In this document: piece by piece, positions 19,401 to 26,460 of the stretch
Numbering within the stretch: position 1 is the first letter of the stretch
Layout of the letters: every line of letters starts with the position of its first letter
Virus record (IMG/VR): IMGVR_UViG_3300049844_000167
Coordinates: 1 to 38,831 of that record
Strand: one strand, 5' to 3'
From: a virus
Taxonomy: Duplodnaviria > Caudoviricetes
Length of the DNA: 38,831 bases
Notes under the pieces: model-generated
The model's input: only the letters and a program-made list of their open reading frames with translations
Databases searched by the model: none
Told to the model about the DNA's origin: nothing
Position numbers and translations under genes: made by a program

Positions 19401-20203
19401 GCGAGGTTCTGCGGCGAGATAGTCTCCGACAAAGCTTCCCCGAACGTCACGTCCTTCTTAATCGTCTCGCTGAGAAGTTGCTGACCGAGTCCTAGCCCAA
19501 TACCACCCACCTGCATCCCGAGCTGTTGTCCTGCAACCTGCCCTAGCGTCTTCGGGACCAGCTCTTTCCCCAACGCAGCCGCGTAGCTTGGACTGACATT
19601 CTGAACCTTAGTCAACAAGTCAGCATACAAAGTCCCGAAGGATGGTGCGCCCATCTTCGACAGAACTTTCTGTCCCACTGAGTGCATAGCCTTTGGCATC
19701 AGTGCTGCCCCGGCACCAGAAATCAACGACTGAGGAATATCACCCGTCGCGCCGTAGGTTCCCGCCGCAGCCATTCCGCCCATCGTTGCCAGACTCGCCA
19801 GCCCAGCGACACCAGCACTTGCGCCAAGGTACGGCAGGGCCGCACCAACACCGAGAGCAGCCCCCACGTCAACGGCAAGCGAAGGAATAGCACCGAGTGC
19901 TCCTTCCATCGAACTTTCCCATTTGGCTCGTCCTTCTTCACCCGCCCCGACGAGGTCAGCGATGCCACCACCTGCAGCTTTGCCCCAACGTCGCATCGGC
20001 TCAACCATTGGAGCCTCGATTCTCTGCTTCGTCGCCATTGCACGACGAAACCAGTTATCGCCAGTCAACCCGGCGTCGAAGTCCTGAGTTCCCGACACTT
20101 CATTCATGAGCGTGGAAAAATCCACGAGGCTCATGTCGGCAAAGTCAGGGTCTTGCTTTGCTTTGTCGTAGCGATCTACGATTTGGTAGAAGTCGTATGG
20201 CAT
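10340..20203 (-). CDS. Giant (3287 aa) internal virion / ejection-type polyvalent protein with two zincin-like HExxH motifs
   Basis: 9.9 kb ORF at the end of the structural operon; Gly/Ala hydrophobic N-terminal helices, coiled coils, HEVLH and HESAH motifs, helical C-terminal region. Confidence 0.8.
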   Translation of the reverse strand: MPYDFYQIVDRYDKAKQDPDFADMSLVDFSTLMNEVSGTQDFDAGLTGDNWFRRAMATKQRIEAPMVEPMRRWGKAAGGGIADLVGAGEEGRAKWESSMEGALGAIPSLAVDVGAALGVGAALPYLGASAGVAGLASLATMGGMAAAGTYGATGDIPQSLISGAGAALMPKAMHSVGQKVLSKMGAPSFGTLYADLLTKVQNVSPSYAAALGKELVPKTLGQVAGQQLGMQVGGIGLGLGQQLLSETIKKDVTFGEALSETISPQNLAAQVVMNVPFVAFDVAEGRKLNPKWQHKTTKRATERVLKHQLAELETRIPGMRFDQAHVQREFEAAWAGGMPQKPAELAGSIADNVAFARDDFGSLQDIFKRTFETSTVEFRDQKVPRTVLLEWAEETLGGKFKDKKEQNDAASGLVEYLQVLAQDMSLDSAKNVIRAKTDSWNERSSEHFWAEIEGSKRRFAEREADASAVKRMKDDPEFVKRVAHIFGTDVDKADAGLPKTHFDTETETTTILQSGQRDVRTLSFFDRLVGRHLKTKKGRTIDEVRAEREALQQSAETLVKLLDDMDTREQTPELVTKKTELERQLGLVEKRLDEDTTLETMEKLGLDETTESDPDGSKAFQVDVEVSRAIDQAILDYSQPINWEDSKSVRAFEAKVRGAAKRAMLKAYSQKLSSDYVTDENGNTLVGASKAEVEIAAQEVLKKDKTYAGEPLIAERDKGQWKIRKVRYMRFDSMDAEERETVVKELLKKQYESETAEDVEAAREAGEGEEAQAYETAEGVSSESGIDIRQTTNLLQNAYRRINASPELSVRLALHEHLMQSLRVGVDMLTDAQIKTAIETAFPGVSSNSFGPKLRVDLREKVKKVLSFALSDGLPSVISFRREKDVDLVELVNQGKATPEQVKLAKKGGALRSEGVEGFMADYVPQARKLAELLGVQPVALTKRNFFGGRANVIEAALAVADYVVRGIQSPYLKERKPGLRLRKTMPQGLLDFAEIGHTVDWADRFDPAFPDEVLDRVKTTVSKVTEYTVEDTNGKQTVVKNTSGLSGLYGMLKKTFKERGYVDTKQLLGGLEDLADLPNMATAENKQKLKELQVLLQRGMNCRVGVAQAKDPTVGALFYWYEDGSGSPGIMMSPFEHIPGDRWFRFKSPEKILDDLHHEVLHMNQVFGFLHDDEIRGEVTRLHKYVSDSYGYDDAGNRVIGREYLHSLSSPIEFMQGVLRDPKLISYMKDLVIDPTKLPSPNYKNKYDDGTLLGRVFAVFHRMFSKLFGSPAMAENVLDRARQAVVRAMSVTQYEAQGGYAPWKQNKEGRWLPGSPGIQTQLRAGKGFMVRDDLYRLLEDAPVFKTWTGVVEADRAVYRANALREIKKNPDSWFVERGLTRSVFEAPEKNAKAKQLVEEFAVQLHVQDAQATAPRGLIFGPRAQKARPDLVERVGPTGGKIPEQENPASQGRMTTPVDAITAEAMVLNGSWLPTAGKGSHAPLATASLPVEQQALMKKILDRVRSVPLEKQVDMKLAVESLNLVRKQLQSLSLGKGKESKAEEFFAGYERTLKQLEAIGVQVPREAYSDLALARGAKDAGEAKKLLVPHLLGIENPKPDESKISSITKAINEYKMVNHPAPLKMEELSATEQAIVKTWASQISNRRTVPVEYTPEEGTITARAFDESGEGAVSEAEAMRYVRERLQKWEPQKPLDLMEVFHLHESVTKNCEARIVELLAERERLTTQLARAKDERQLDLVVRLTDTERELLEFSTQVAMHDKTLAGLVAKSEAFEELSEWRRTSMKAYQEASEKLTLLYEQWTKVSGAKGRELLEKQINAARDRVEVELKLAEESLKSYEPIKNAPLFEQWKTSETRGDADGQNWAMSRDERPLLTRVTDAMQATTRQQVENGDRIYLTPIDAEAFGTLWRPVLGAKLHREGNMYWMVKGSLEKVTERDVRMLPVNRVGLEAQSQFNTIKGYYLQLGFNREFADAMAPAIMEMVHGAGRNVLWHPTKDESAVGYYNPNDDTVGINYTAEDAVEFGVTTRHESAHAVETKLAEDITKAFLKDPRIASLLNEVVGYYQKLTPEQRVARTEALTKFAHEKFNVATSTPKYAASDVHEFLVSLDFAMESPAAVTKFIDKALDSLELDDPTRALIALHKTRQASAWLGVQGYLKSAGFEELAAKVLPTYKFFRQTAQHVLKREQEIAATYTIAKLRPDVLQENAQAVVKSVGAGQMRPEDVENYAAAKADTLAPVSGVGSPESPEAMKQLSWWLKNIAPFVMTAAQYPELRPLYDALSSADHLAKAQVSKLFTAGVGLEASTGTGFVETKTTRQWEMVAKSQKIRDCFSEMALAQQLEGDDKQFKVEHDPATERVKQVTQWNGFDANVRETYYNKHKLNANEREAAEAVYNGTKNQMRYMADIMTNAAFEHFSQVAVLEIVNDRVLNVDQARAFTKALRKYFDYNELAKSDAFNRKEHSDRAQRFFDEAWAYLPPDVPGKPEYYEAFSDVANQLLLNFAKAQDLGKILTGRAGYFMTERRQGSYGVIYTDDKGKTQSFYWKTAKDRELGVKEKRLKVVRNINPNESSAGVTRDMRVFEFFDAQTKRLKERLVNKYGEEKGGEMAVSLDYTTSLEEAIAAQSVLTPVKRRHAKSREMLDMFFVQQEHMNNVIHAIKNRHVKMESEIALAHPAFDIQANLKTYAKRHVQNVLKPDSQIGRSISSMNFAYFMAYNLSNMIVEPFQQLTSLAPVLTLKFGKAAKSYGMIADANKEALSAALRGNYVGELKVVMERAREEGVVDAGIYAELDFLESYSTVNFMRSRGGMRPLNAFDIAKNKLVGLFAAARKFYSKIPTYNSEVAFIAAYKEFRKRGLSVEDAYRESKFVKDHSMFGGGKYNRPVGMFHALPRAMAQTGFSLQTYSTSMMTLMGHLIRKSLPGSGLTPAQIVQHRKAMMQMVMTQMALAGALGMPFLAPAMAAFQKLFPGSNPELAVREVLSQVLGDDEELGGFLGQALAKGLPSVLSNAPDMGARLSLSTTLGISPYNGIDWSNFIGPSASLVNNVIKATKETANLDPQKAVELVMPRGVARMAQALEQGNVFINPNTRDLLATDLSVAEQLGRVVGFTPSRVSRWQDYARLSAQAETAALEAKRRRTTDIARKLQAGQDSDAARLFRKEVQSGNDPRDLMKSVANRLGQLTLPPDPRELGSRAAGPTQGRIDELFGVPQTPMQSTSLARKQLHAAAAQRLGVPTLGPSMTSVRRAAQIDSLVESDPTMSRWEAADLLSNRGTRGRLSPVLSQLYE

Positions 20204-20205
20204 AA

Positions 20206-21366
20206 TTAAAGCGGCTCAGGGAGTCCAAAAGTACCTTGATAATAGCGTTTAAAAGCTTCATACTTTTTCATTAACTCTTGTTGAGCAAGACGCGCTTCGG
20301 AATCTTGAGCGTCGGTTGTACTTGTAAACAAACTAGGCTGTAACGCGGCAGCAAGTCTAGAGTTTTCGTCACCCATTCGCCTCCAAAGAATGTGTAAATT
20401 AGTGGGAGACTCGTCTTGAGGTAAATTATAATCAGCCAACAGTTTTAATATGTTGTACGGAGAATCTTCAGCGATCGGAGAAACGCTTGGCACCGGTTGC
20501 GTCGAAGTATCAGACGGCTTGGGCACACTTTCAGGCGAAGTTACCGTCGGCGTCATTTCCGGAACTTGCACAACAGCCTCCGGATTGAATCCATCGCGTG
20601 GTTTGTATTCAACCCCGCCGGGAACCGCTTTTGGAGTTTTAAACTCAGTTCCATTCTCGTCCACAATAACAGGCATCCCTGGAGGTCTTGGTTGATTCAA
20701 AGACTCAGCAGCCGCGAAACCAAACTTATTCTTAACATTCGTCAAGGCGTTGTTATTCGTGTGACCTTCAGGCATTGTGATCAGATCGGGCTGGAACCCA
20801 ACCTTAGCGTTAGGAAACTGCTCACGTTTCTTCTGATCCGCAAAACCACGGCCCGCAACTCTCGTACCCCAATCACCAAGCGCCTGTCCAGGAGCAATAG
20901 TCGGCGCACCGACGTTCTGCAAGGCAGCCCGACGTTGCACAGCCAGTGCATTTGGAAGTCCCATAGAATCCGCCTGACTCTGCATCGCAGCTTCGTTCTC
21001 GAAGCCGAATTGTTGCGGATTCAACGTGCTCCAATCAGCACCGACTTTGTTCGCAATTCCTTGTCCTTGCGAGAACGTCGGCTTCCTATCCCAAAACCCT
21101 TGGATGCTGGCATTAGTTCCTCCGGTCGCAAGACTGCCGTAATCTTTCGCCGCAATACCTTGGCTTTTCCTCGCCTGCTCCGCGGCCATCTGCTCAAACA
21201 CGGGACCGAGAGGATTCGGAGGTAGTTGTGGTGTTGCGTAATTAACAGGCGCAGCGGCAGGTTGTGCCGTCGGCTGAGCCACACGCAAATCCTGTGGTGA
21301 AAATTGTTGCTGCTTGCGCTTTTCTTCGTCAAGCAACAGTTCGAGAATTGAAGGTTGTGGAGGCAT
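20206..21366 (-). CDS. Pro/Gln-rich putative internal virion protein
   Basis: 386-aa ORF tightly packed directly upstream of the giant gene. Confidence 0.6.
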   Translation of the reverse strand: MPPQPSILELLLDEEKRKQQQFSPQDLRVAQPTAQPAAAPVNYATPQLPPNPLGPVFEQMAAEQARKSQGIAAKDYGSLATGGTNASIQGFWDRKPTFSQGQGIANKVGADWSTLNPQQFGFENEAAMQSQADSMGLPNALAVQRRAALQNVGAPTIAPGQALGDWGTRVAGRGFADQKKREQFPNAKVGFQPDLITMPEGHTNNNALTNVKNKFGFAAAESLNQPRPPGMPVIVDENGTEFKTPKAVPGGVEYKPRDGFNPEAVVQVPEMTPTVTSPESVPKPSDTSTQPVPSVSPIAEDSPYNILKLLADYNLPQDESPTNLHILWRRMGDENSRLAAALQPSLFTSTTDAQDSEARLAQQELMKKYEAFKRYYQGTFGLPEPL

Positions 21367-21368
21367 AA

Positions 21369-21878
21369 TTAAAGAAGTTTAGCTGCTTTGGTTTTCTGTG
21401 CGTCCGTCGCGTTAGTTTTCGGTTTTTCTGGTGTAAGGTAGCTTGGCGGCACAAGCTGAGAATCAATGCCCAACTCGGCGCGGCCAAAAAGTTCTTGTGT
21501 TAGTCTTTTCACTTCGTTCCAATCTCCAGCTTCTTGTGCTGCGCCGATAGCGGTGTAAAGAGGATGCAACTTCAACTCCCGAACCCTGGCTTCCCTCCCT
21601 TCCGACAAGGCTTTTCGTTCTTCTTCCCGAACGCCACGATCAGCCAGAGAGTTCGACACGGCTACCGATGCCGCACTTGGATAACCAAGCTGATTCGCGT
21701 ATTGTTCTGTCCTCGCGTCCTGCTGGAGATTCTGCATCCCCCGCATGGCGTCGATATCTGCGTTTGGTCTTGTTGCATTATACAACTCAACCATTGGCGC
21801 GAGCTTCTGAAAAAGTTCTTCCATCGGATCAGGTCTCCGTGGACGTTGTCGATTTTCTCTATGTCGTCGTTGTTTCAT
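21369..21878 (-). CDS. Hypothetical protein, possibly a small internal virion protein
   Basis: 169-aa ORF with 2-nt spacing to both neighbours. Confidence 0.6.
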   Translation of the reverse strand: MKQRRHRENRQRPRRPDPMEELFQKLAPMVELYNATRPNADIDAMRGMQNLQQDARTEQYANQLGYPSAASVAVSNSLADRGVREEERKALSEGREARVRELKLHPLYTAIGAAQEAGDWNEVKRLTQELFGRAELGIDSQLVPPSYLTPEKPKTNATDAQKTKAAKLL

Positions 21879-21880
21879 AA

Positions 21881-22060
21881 TTATTTACCACTTTCCGGCG
21901 GGACACTTTTGGCTCCGCCATTGTTTCGCAAAGTCCAATAATCTAACGGACAGCTTTGTGTATTACAAACACAACCTCGCTTGACCACGCAAGTCTTGGC
22001 AACGCGATAGTCGCAAGCAAGGCAAATCCGACGAGCTTCGACAAACAGCGGAACTCTCAT
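21881..22060 (-). CDS. Small Cys-rich putative metal-binding protein (59 aa)
   Basis: RRICLAC...C.....CVC....CPLDYW; ATG 22060 overlaps the upstream TGA (ATGA). Confidence 0.6.
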   Translation of the reverse strand: MRVPLFVEARRICLACDYRVAKTCVVKRGCVCNTQSCPLDYWTLRNNGGAKSVPPESGK

Positions 22061-23535
22061 GGCTGTGCCCACGTTATAGCAACACTTACATCTTGCGCTC
22101 GCGTTAAGCTAAGGTTATAGTCTTCGACTGGTTTATCGCAGTACATATTTACGCTGTTTCCAGCAAGTGTGGCCGTGCCACAGTTATCCTCAAGGGCTTG
22201 AAAATTCGCGAGATTCGTACAAGGCGCACCGAAGCGGTCGTCAAGGTCACAATAAGCGTTGTACGAAAAGGCCGACTCGACTACGACGTTCAAAGTTATC
22301 CAATAAAGCCAATCGGCTTTGTCATTCCCCGTGCCTTTAATCCACAGACCCGGGAAGGACCACGCTTCCAGACCTTCAATACCTTCGTCAGTGTCGCACC
22401 ACGAAGTAACATCAGAGGCTACTTGCACAAACAGACTAGTACAATCCTCGGTAGACTCAATCGTATCGGACAAAGTACAAGTATAAGTCTCTCGCGTGTT
22501 CTGGAACACGGCGTCAGTATAGGTTCTATACCGCACCGTTGCAACAGAAACGTGATCAGACATGAGAATCAACTCGAACGCGTCGTAGATTTCTACCCCA
22601 GTTACCGTAGTCTCCCAATCAGAATACAACGGATCAGACACCTGCAATTCAATGTAAGTCTCGTCGTAGTAGCCATAAACGACAAAGTTCTCCGAAATGC
22701 CGGCTGTTTGTATATCACACACCGGGAAACTGTACGTTACGTCCACGCGTTGCAAGTTAGTACAAACATTGTCTGCAATCTCATAGCCAGTGTAAAAACC
22801 TGGTTCTACACTCCCAGACCAGCTTGTATGAACTTCACCACAATCCTCAAACAAGTCATTGATCTGCGTCCGAAAAGCGTCACAATCAACTTGTGTACCT
22901 GGAGTTGACGAATAGTCCCAAGTAGACAGTCCGTAAGTCCCTGGGAACAGATAAATACCATACGTCACGTCAGTTATACCTGATTTTCCGTACTCCGGAT
23001 CAGAGCTATCGGTTTCCCCGGAAAACGTAAGTGTTATGTTCTGGTCTCCTGGACACCCCGGAGTAGTCGGACAGTGCACAACAGCATCAGCAGTACCAGT
23101 CCAAGTAGTATGCCGCACAACCTCGCAGCCCACAACTTCCGTCCAACTGGTAACGTAAACCTCCCCGTTACTGATGTCAACGTACACAGCACCACCCCCA
23201 CAAGGAGCGCAAACGTCCGGCAAGCTTATCGTCATTGTGCCAGAGAACGTCAACGTAGCCGAGAAATCCGAGTAGTACTTTCCATCATAAAGGAAATACC
23301 AGTCCGACGCAAACCTACCCATTTCTTTATAGGACGTCGCGGACGGGGCACCCCAGACAACTCCGTCGTCCATTAAAAACTTTCCATTAACCCTAGCAGC
23401 CCAAGGACCAAACGCCCACAGTTTATTTACCGACTCAAACGAAATGGGTATAAGAGTTTCCCCGACAACTTCCGAACACGGAGTAGTCTCACTGGTCGGA
23501 CAATACCCGTTAATTGGCAAGAGCCACGGTTTCAT
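22057..23535 (-). CDS. Acidic Cys/Thr-rich structural protein (candidate receptor-binding or tail protein)
   Basis: 492-aa ORF, about 18 Cys, beta-rich composition, located in the tail module. Confidence 0.6.
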   Translation of the reverse strand: MKPWLLPINGYCPTSETTPCSEVVGETLIPISFESVNKLWAFGPWAARVNGKFLMDDGVVWGAPSATSYKEMGRFASDWYFLYDGKYYSDFSATLTFSGTMTISLPDVCAPCGGGAVYVDISNGEVYVTSWTEVVGCEVVRHTTWTGTADAVVHCPTTPGCPGDQNITLTFSGETDSSDPEYGKSGITDVTYGIYLFPGTYGLSTWDYSSTPGTQVDCDAFRTQINDLFEDCGEVHTSWSGSVEPGFYTGYEIADNVCTNLQRVDVTYSFPVCDIQTAGISENFVVYGYYDETYIELQVSDPLYSDWETTVTGVEIYDAFELILMSDHVSVATVRYRTYTDAVFQNTRETYTCTLSDTIESTEDCTSLFVQVASDVTSWCDTDEGIEGLEAWSFPGLWIKGTGNDKADWLYWITLNVVVESAFSYNAYCDLDDRFGAPCTNLANFQALEDNCGTATLAGNSVNMYCDKPVEDYNLSLTRAQDVSVAITWAQP

Positions 23536-23876
23536 GCGAGAAGAAAAGTCCGTTCGACGATTTCTCCGTCTTCGCAGACGTAAAGTGTGTAGGGTGCTCC
23601 AACAGAAGCCTTCCCTCCGCCACCGCCCTGCCGCGCAGCCCTATCCACCAACCACTTCCCACCCCTTCCACTCGCGCCCATAATCGTCAGCGCATCTCCC
23701 ACTCGACCTTTTGTGTCCTTCTTCCGTTGTTCGGCTTGCTCCTGCCAGTCAGCCTTGATGTCACGAATGGACTTCAGAGCCTCTTTCCGAGACACTCCTG
23801 TAAGCTCTCGTACCCCTTTTACAAGATCACGTTCCTCACGGGTCGCTGATCTGCGGATGTCGTAGCCGTCGCTCAT
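23532..23876 (-). CDS. Hypothetical basic protein (114 aa, MSDGYDIRRS...)
   Basis: ATGA overlaps at both ends. Confidence 0.6.
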   Translation of the reverse strand: MSDGYDIRRSATREERDLVKGVRELTGVSRKEALKSIRDIKADWQEQAEQRKKDTKGRVGDALTIMGASGRGGKWLVDRAARQGGGGGKASVGAPYTLYVCEDGEIVERTFLLA

Positions 23877-25177
23877 GCGGGTGTCACAGGAATCTGCGCC
23901 AGTACTTCCGTCCGAACTTTCAACCCGAAGGGTCCGTCCTTCACGTCTCCGGGAATCACGATCCAGTCGCCAGCAGTCCAAACACTCACAGCACTTCCGA
24001 TGGAAGGGGTGTCACCAGAAACAGAGTAGACCTTAAATGTCGGCGTTGCAACAATGTCTTTGACCCCGATTCCGGTACTCTGGGGACGTACTGACGCACC
24101 ATCGGGTAGGGCCACCTCTTCCCCGTTAACGTAAATCTCGTAGTCAACTCCAGCGCAAATATGCGGTTGTAGCGGAGTGCTCTTGCACACGGCGCGGCCA
24201 TCAAAAATACTCTCGGTGTAAATCGTCAGTTGCTGTTCTTGAAACTGCGTTACAGCATACGTTGGTGTTGTCGCGTCGGAGAACGTAAAGGTTCGGATGT
24301 TCAACGTCTTGGCCGGACCCCGATAACCGTTTTTGTATTTAATGTGCCACTCCCAATCGTAGTTGTCACCCACAGCCCAACCGAGAATGACATCGGTGAG
24401 AATGTCTGGCACCACAATGTTCGCCACATCGTACCACTTATGAACCTGGCTCGTAAAAGCCGAAGCAGTCACCACCGAAGTAATCTTCAACGACCGTCGA
24501 TCGTCGTAGTCCTTGTATTCCGTTCTGGTGATAACTCCAGCTGCCGTTGCCTGCGTTGCTGGGGTATTCGTCTTTGCGACCAACTGCTTTTTGACAACGA
24601 TCGGCACGGACAGTCCGTATTCCTCGTAAATCGTATTCTCGATCAACTCCGGATACGCCGCGGCGATCAGCTTGGTGACGCGAAGAATGCCCGTTACCCC
24701 ATCCCCCGTCGGAGTCATATCAGCTTCCAACACACGGAACTTATCGTTCCCACTCACACCCATGTAGGCGTAAATGTCCAACGTACCAGCCGCCGTATAC
24801 GTCCCGGACGTCAGATTCGGATACGACAGATCAGTCGCCCCAGTCTCATACGTCTCCTGCGTAAACCACGACAACAAACACAGCTTCTCCATCACGAACG
24901 CCTCACCGTGTTCCGTCTCGACCATCCCGACGTTCGGCGCTAGAGTCGTCGAAATCTCCAATGTAACCTGCGTCAACTTCCGTTCGTCTGTTCTTTCTTG
25001 CGTCAACGCAGAAGCAGCAAGAGTCCCGGACAGCGTCGGCAACGCTTCTCCAAGAGACACTTGCTGCTCGGTTTTAACAACTTTGACAAATCTCTTAAAC
25101 TTCTCTGGAATCGCATCCAACGACCCTTGAAAGGTCGAAGTTAAGATTTGTCCTTTATTCTTGTTCGTGTTGCTCAT
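23873..25177 (-). CDS. Putative tail structural protein (434 aa)
   Basis: Thr/Val-rich beta-type composition; follows the adaptor gene with an ATGA overlap. Confidence 0.6.
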   Translation of the reverse strand: MSNTNKNKGQILTSTFQGSLDAIPEKFKRFVKVVKTEQQVSLGEALPTLSGTLAASALTQERTDERKLTQVTLEISTTLAPNVGMVETEHGEAFVMEKLCLLSWFTQETYETGATDLSYPNLTSGTYTAAGTLDIYAYMGVSGNDKFRVLEADMTPTGDGVTGILRVTKLIAAAYPELIENTIYEEYGLSVPIVVKKQLVAKTNTPATQATAAGVITRTEYKDYDDRRSLKITSVVTASAFTSQVHKWYDVANIVVPDILTDVILGWAVGDNYDWEWHIKYKNGYRGPAKTLNIRTFTFSDATTPTYAVTQFQEQQLTIYTESIFDGRAVCKSTPLQPHICAGVDYEIYVNGEEVALPDGASVRPQSTGIGVKDIVATPTFKVYSVSGDTPSIGSAVSVWTAGDWIVIPGDVKDGPFGLKVRTEVLAQIPVTPA

Positions 25178-25899
25178 TCCAAGTCGTAACTATCAGCCCC
25201 GGTGCTCATAAGCCCCGCGTTCCAGTTTAGCAGGTCTAGCCACGCATTTTCCGCTTGCTTCTCCGGCGGTGTGAGATTTCCTTCCTGTCGATACACGAAC
25301 TCTTTAACCAAATGGTTGCACTCACACACAGCCTGCCAGAACAGATACTCCGAGCCATACGTCAAAAAGAAGTCCGACGTAACAGAGCCGCTGTAATCAG
25401 GTAGCCATTGAACGACGTCCAAATACAACGTGATCGTTGCGCCACCCCACACCGTTTGCGACTGCGGATACAACTGCAAGGTGTCGCCAAACTGCACCAC
25501 CCAAGGATCCGTGAAAGTCCAAGCAGGACTTTCCTGTACCGAAAGCGTCGAATACCTCTCAGCGGAGTCCTTCACCTGACTTTCACGCCCGACGAAGCGC
25601 ACGGGACGAGCAGAGCCATTGACCGGGAAAAAGGCGTCGAGCACCTTCTTCACCGTGACTGCTGTATTCGTCCCGTGCAACTTCGCGTTTGCGAGCGAAC
25701 CTCCGGTGGCGACTGCCACCGACAGGTCTGCTGAACACTTCGCCAACTCAAAGTCATGAAGCCGCTGGGCACGACGCTTCGCAGCGTTGATCCCTTCGAG
25801 CAACAGATCGACACTATTCAAGGTGTACTTGGCAGTATCCCCAGCTACCGAGAGTCCCAGATACCCAGCAACTTTTCCTTTGAGGTCAGCGAGTGTCAT
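25174..25899 (-). CDS. Putative head-tail adaptor / tail tubular protein
   Basis: MTLADLKGKV...INAAKRRAQR N-terminal helices, LQLYP beta segment and C-terminal helices typical of podovirus adaptors; position after the capsid genes. Confidence 0.65.
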   Translation of the reverse strand: MTLADLKGKVAGYLGLSVAGDTAKYTLNSVDLLLEGINAAKRRAQRLHDFELAKCSADLSVAVATGGSLANAKLHGTNTAVTVKKVLDAFFPVNGSARPVRFVGRESQVKDSAERYSTLSVQESPAWTFTDPWVVQFGDTLQLYPQSQTVWGGATITLYLDVVQWLPDYSGSVTSDFFLTYGSEYLFWQAVCECNHLVKEFVYRQEGNLTPPEKQAENAWLDLLNWNAGLMSTGADSYDLE

Positions 25900-25905
25900 G
25901 ACAGA

Positions 25906-26106
25906 TTACTGATTGAGGTCGTTCTTTGCGCCAAGGCCGTCCTTGGGCACGCCGCCAGACGTCTTGTACTGGACGGTCTTATTGCTCTCCGTGAAAACCG
26001 GAGAGTCTTTCGCCCCGCCGTCGAGCATCGAGGTCTGACGAACGTCTTTCCCGTCGCTCATTGAACAGGTCATGTTTTTCAGTTTTTCGCTAGGTACTCC
26101 AGCCAT
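25906..26106 (-). CDS. Small hypothetical virion-associated protein (66 aa)
   Basis: Strong SD AAAGGAG upstream of ATG 26106. Confidence 0.65.
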   Translation of the reverse strand: MAGVPSEKLKNMTCSMSDGKDVRQTSMLDGGAKDSPVFTESNKTVQYKTSGGVPKDGLGAKNDLNQ

Positions 26107-26129
26107 ATGTTTATCTCCTTTGTTTGTGG

Positions 26130-26444
26130 TTAGTAACCTTTAATTGTGCAGCTGTACGTATCTGTCGGCGCGTCAACTGGATTGATCGAGCCGTCGGCTT
26201 CGTCAATTTCCAAGGTCAACAAGCTCGTTCCGTCATACGACGGAGCCGCCAGAATTACAGCACTGTTGTCATCTGCAACGAGAGGTAGCACTTCCTCGAT
26301 CTTCGTCAAACCAAAGGTGGATGCGGGGATGTCACCCGCAGTTCCACCTTCAGTATCAAGAGCGAGAGTGCCCACCAGAACGTTGCGGCGGCGGGAGTTT
26401 GTCCCTCCCTCCGACCAATAATCCGACATCGTCCACGTAGGCAT
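26130..26444 (-). CDS. Putative capsid decoration/cement protein (104 aa)
   Basis: Immediately after the MCP, GAAAGGAAG leader, small beta-rich protein ending in IKGY. Confidence 0.55.
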   Translation of the reverse strand: MPTWTMSDYWSEGGTNSRRRNVLVGTLALDTEGGTAGDIPASTFGLTKIEEVLPLVADDNSAVILAAPSYDGTSLLTLEIDEADGSINPVDAPTDTYSCTIKGY

Positions 26445-26460
26445 CTTTACTTCCTTTCGG

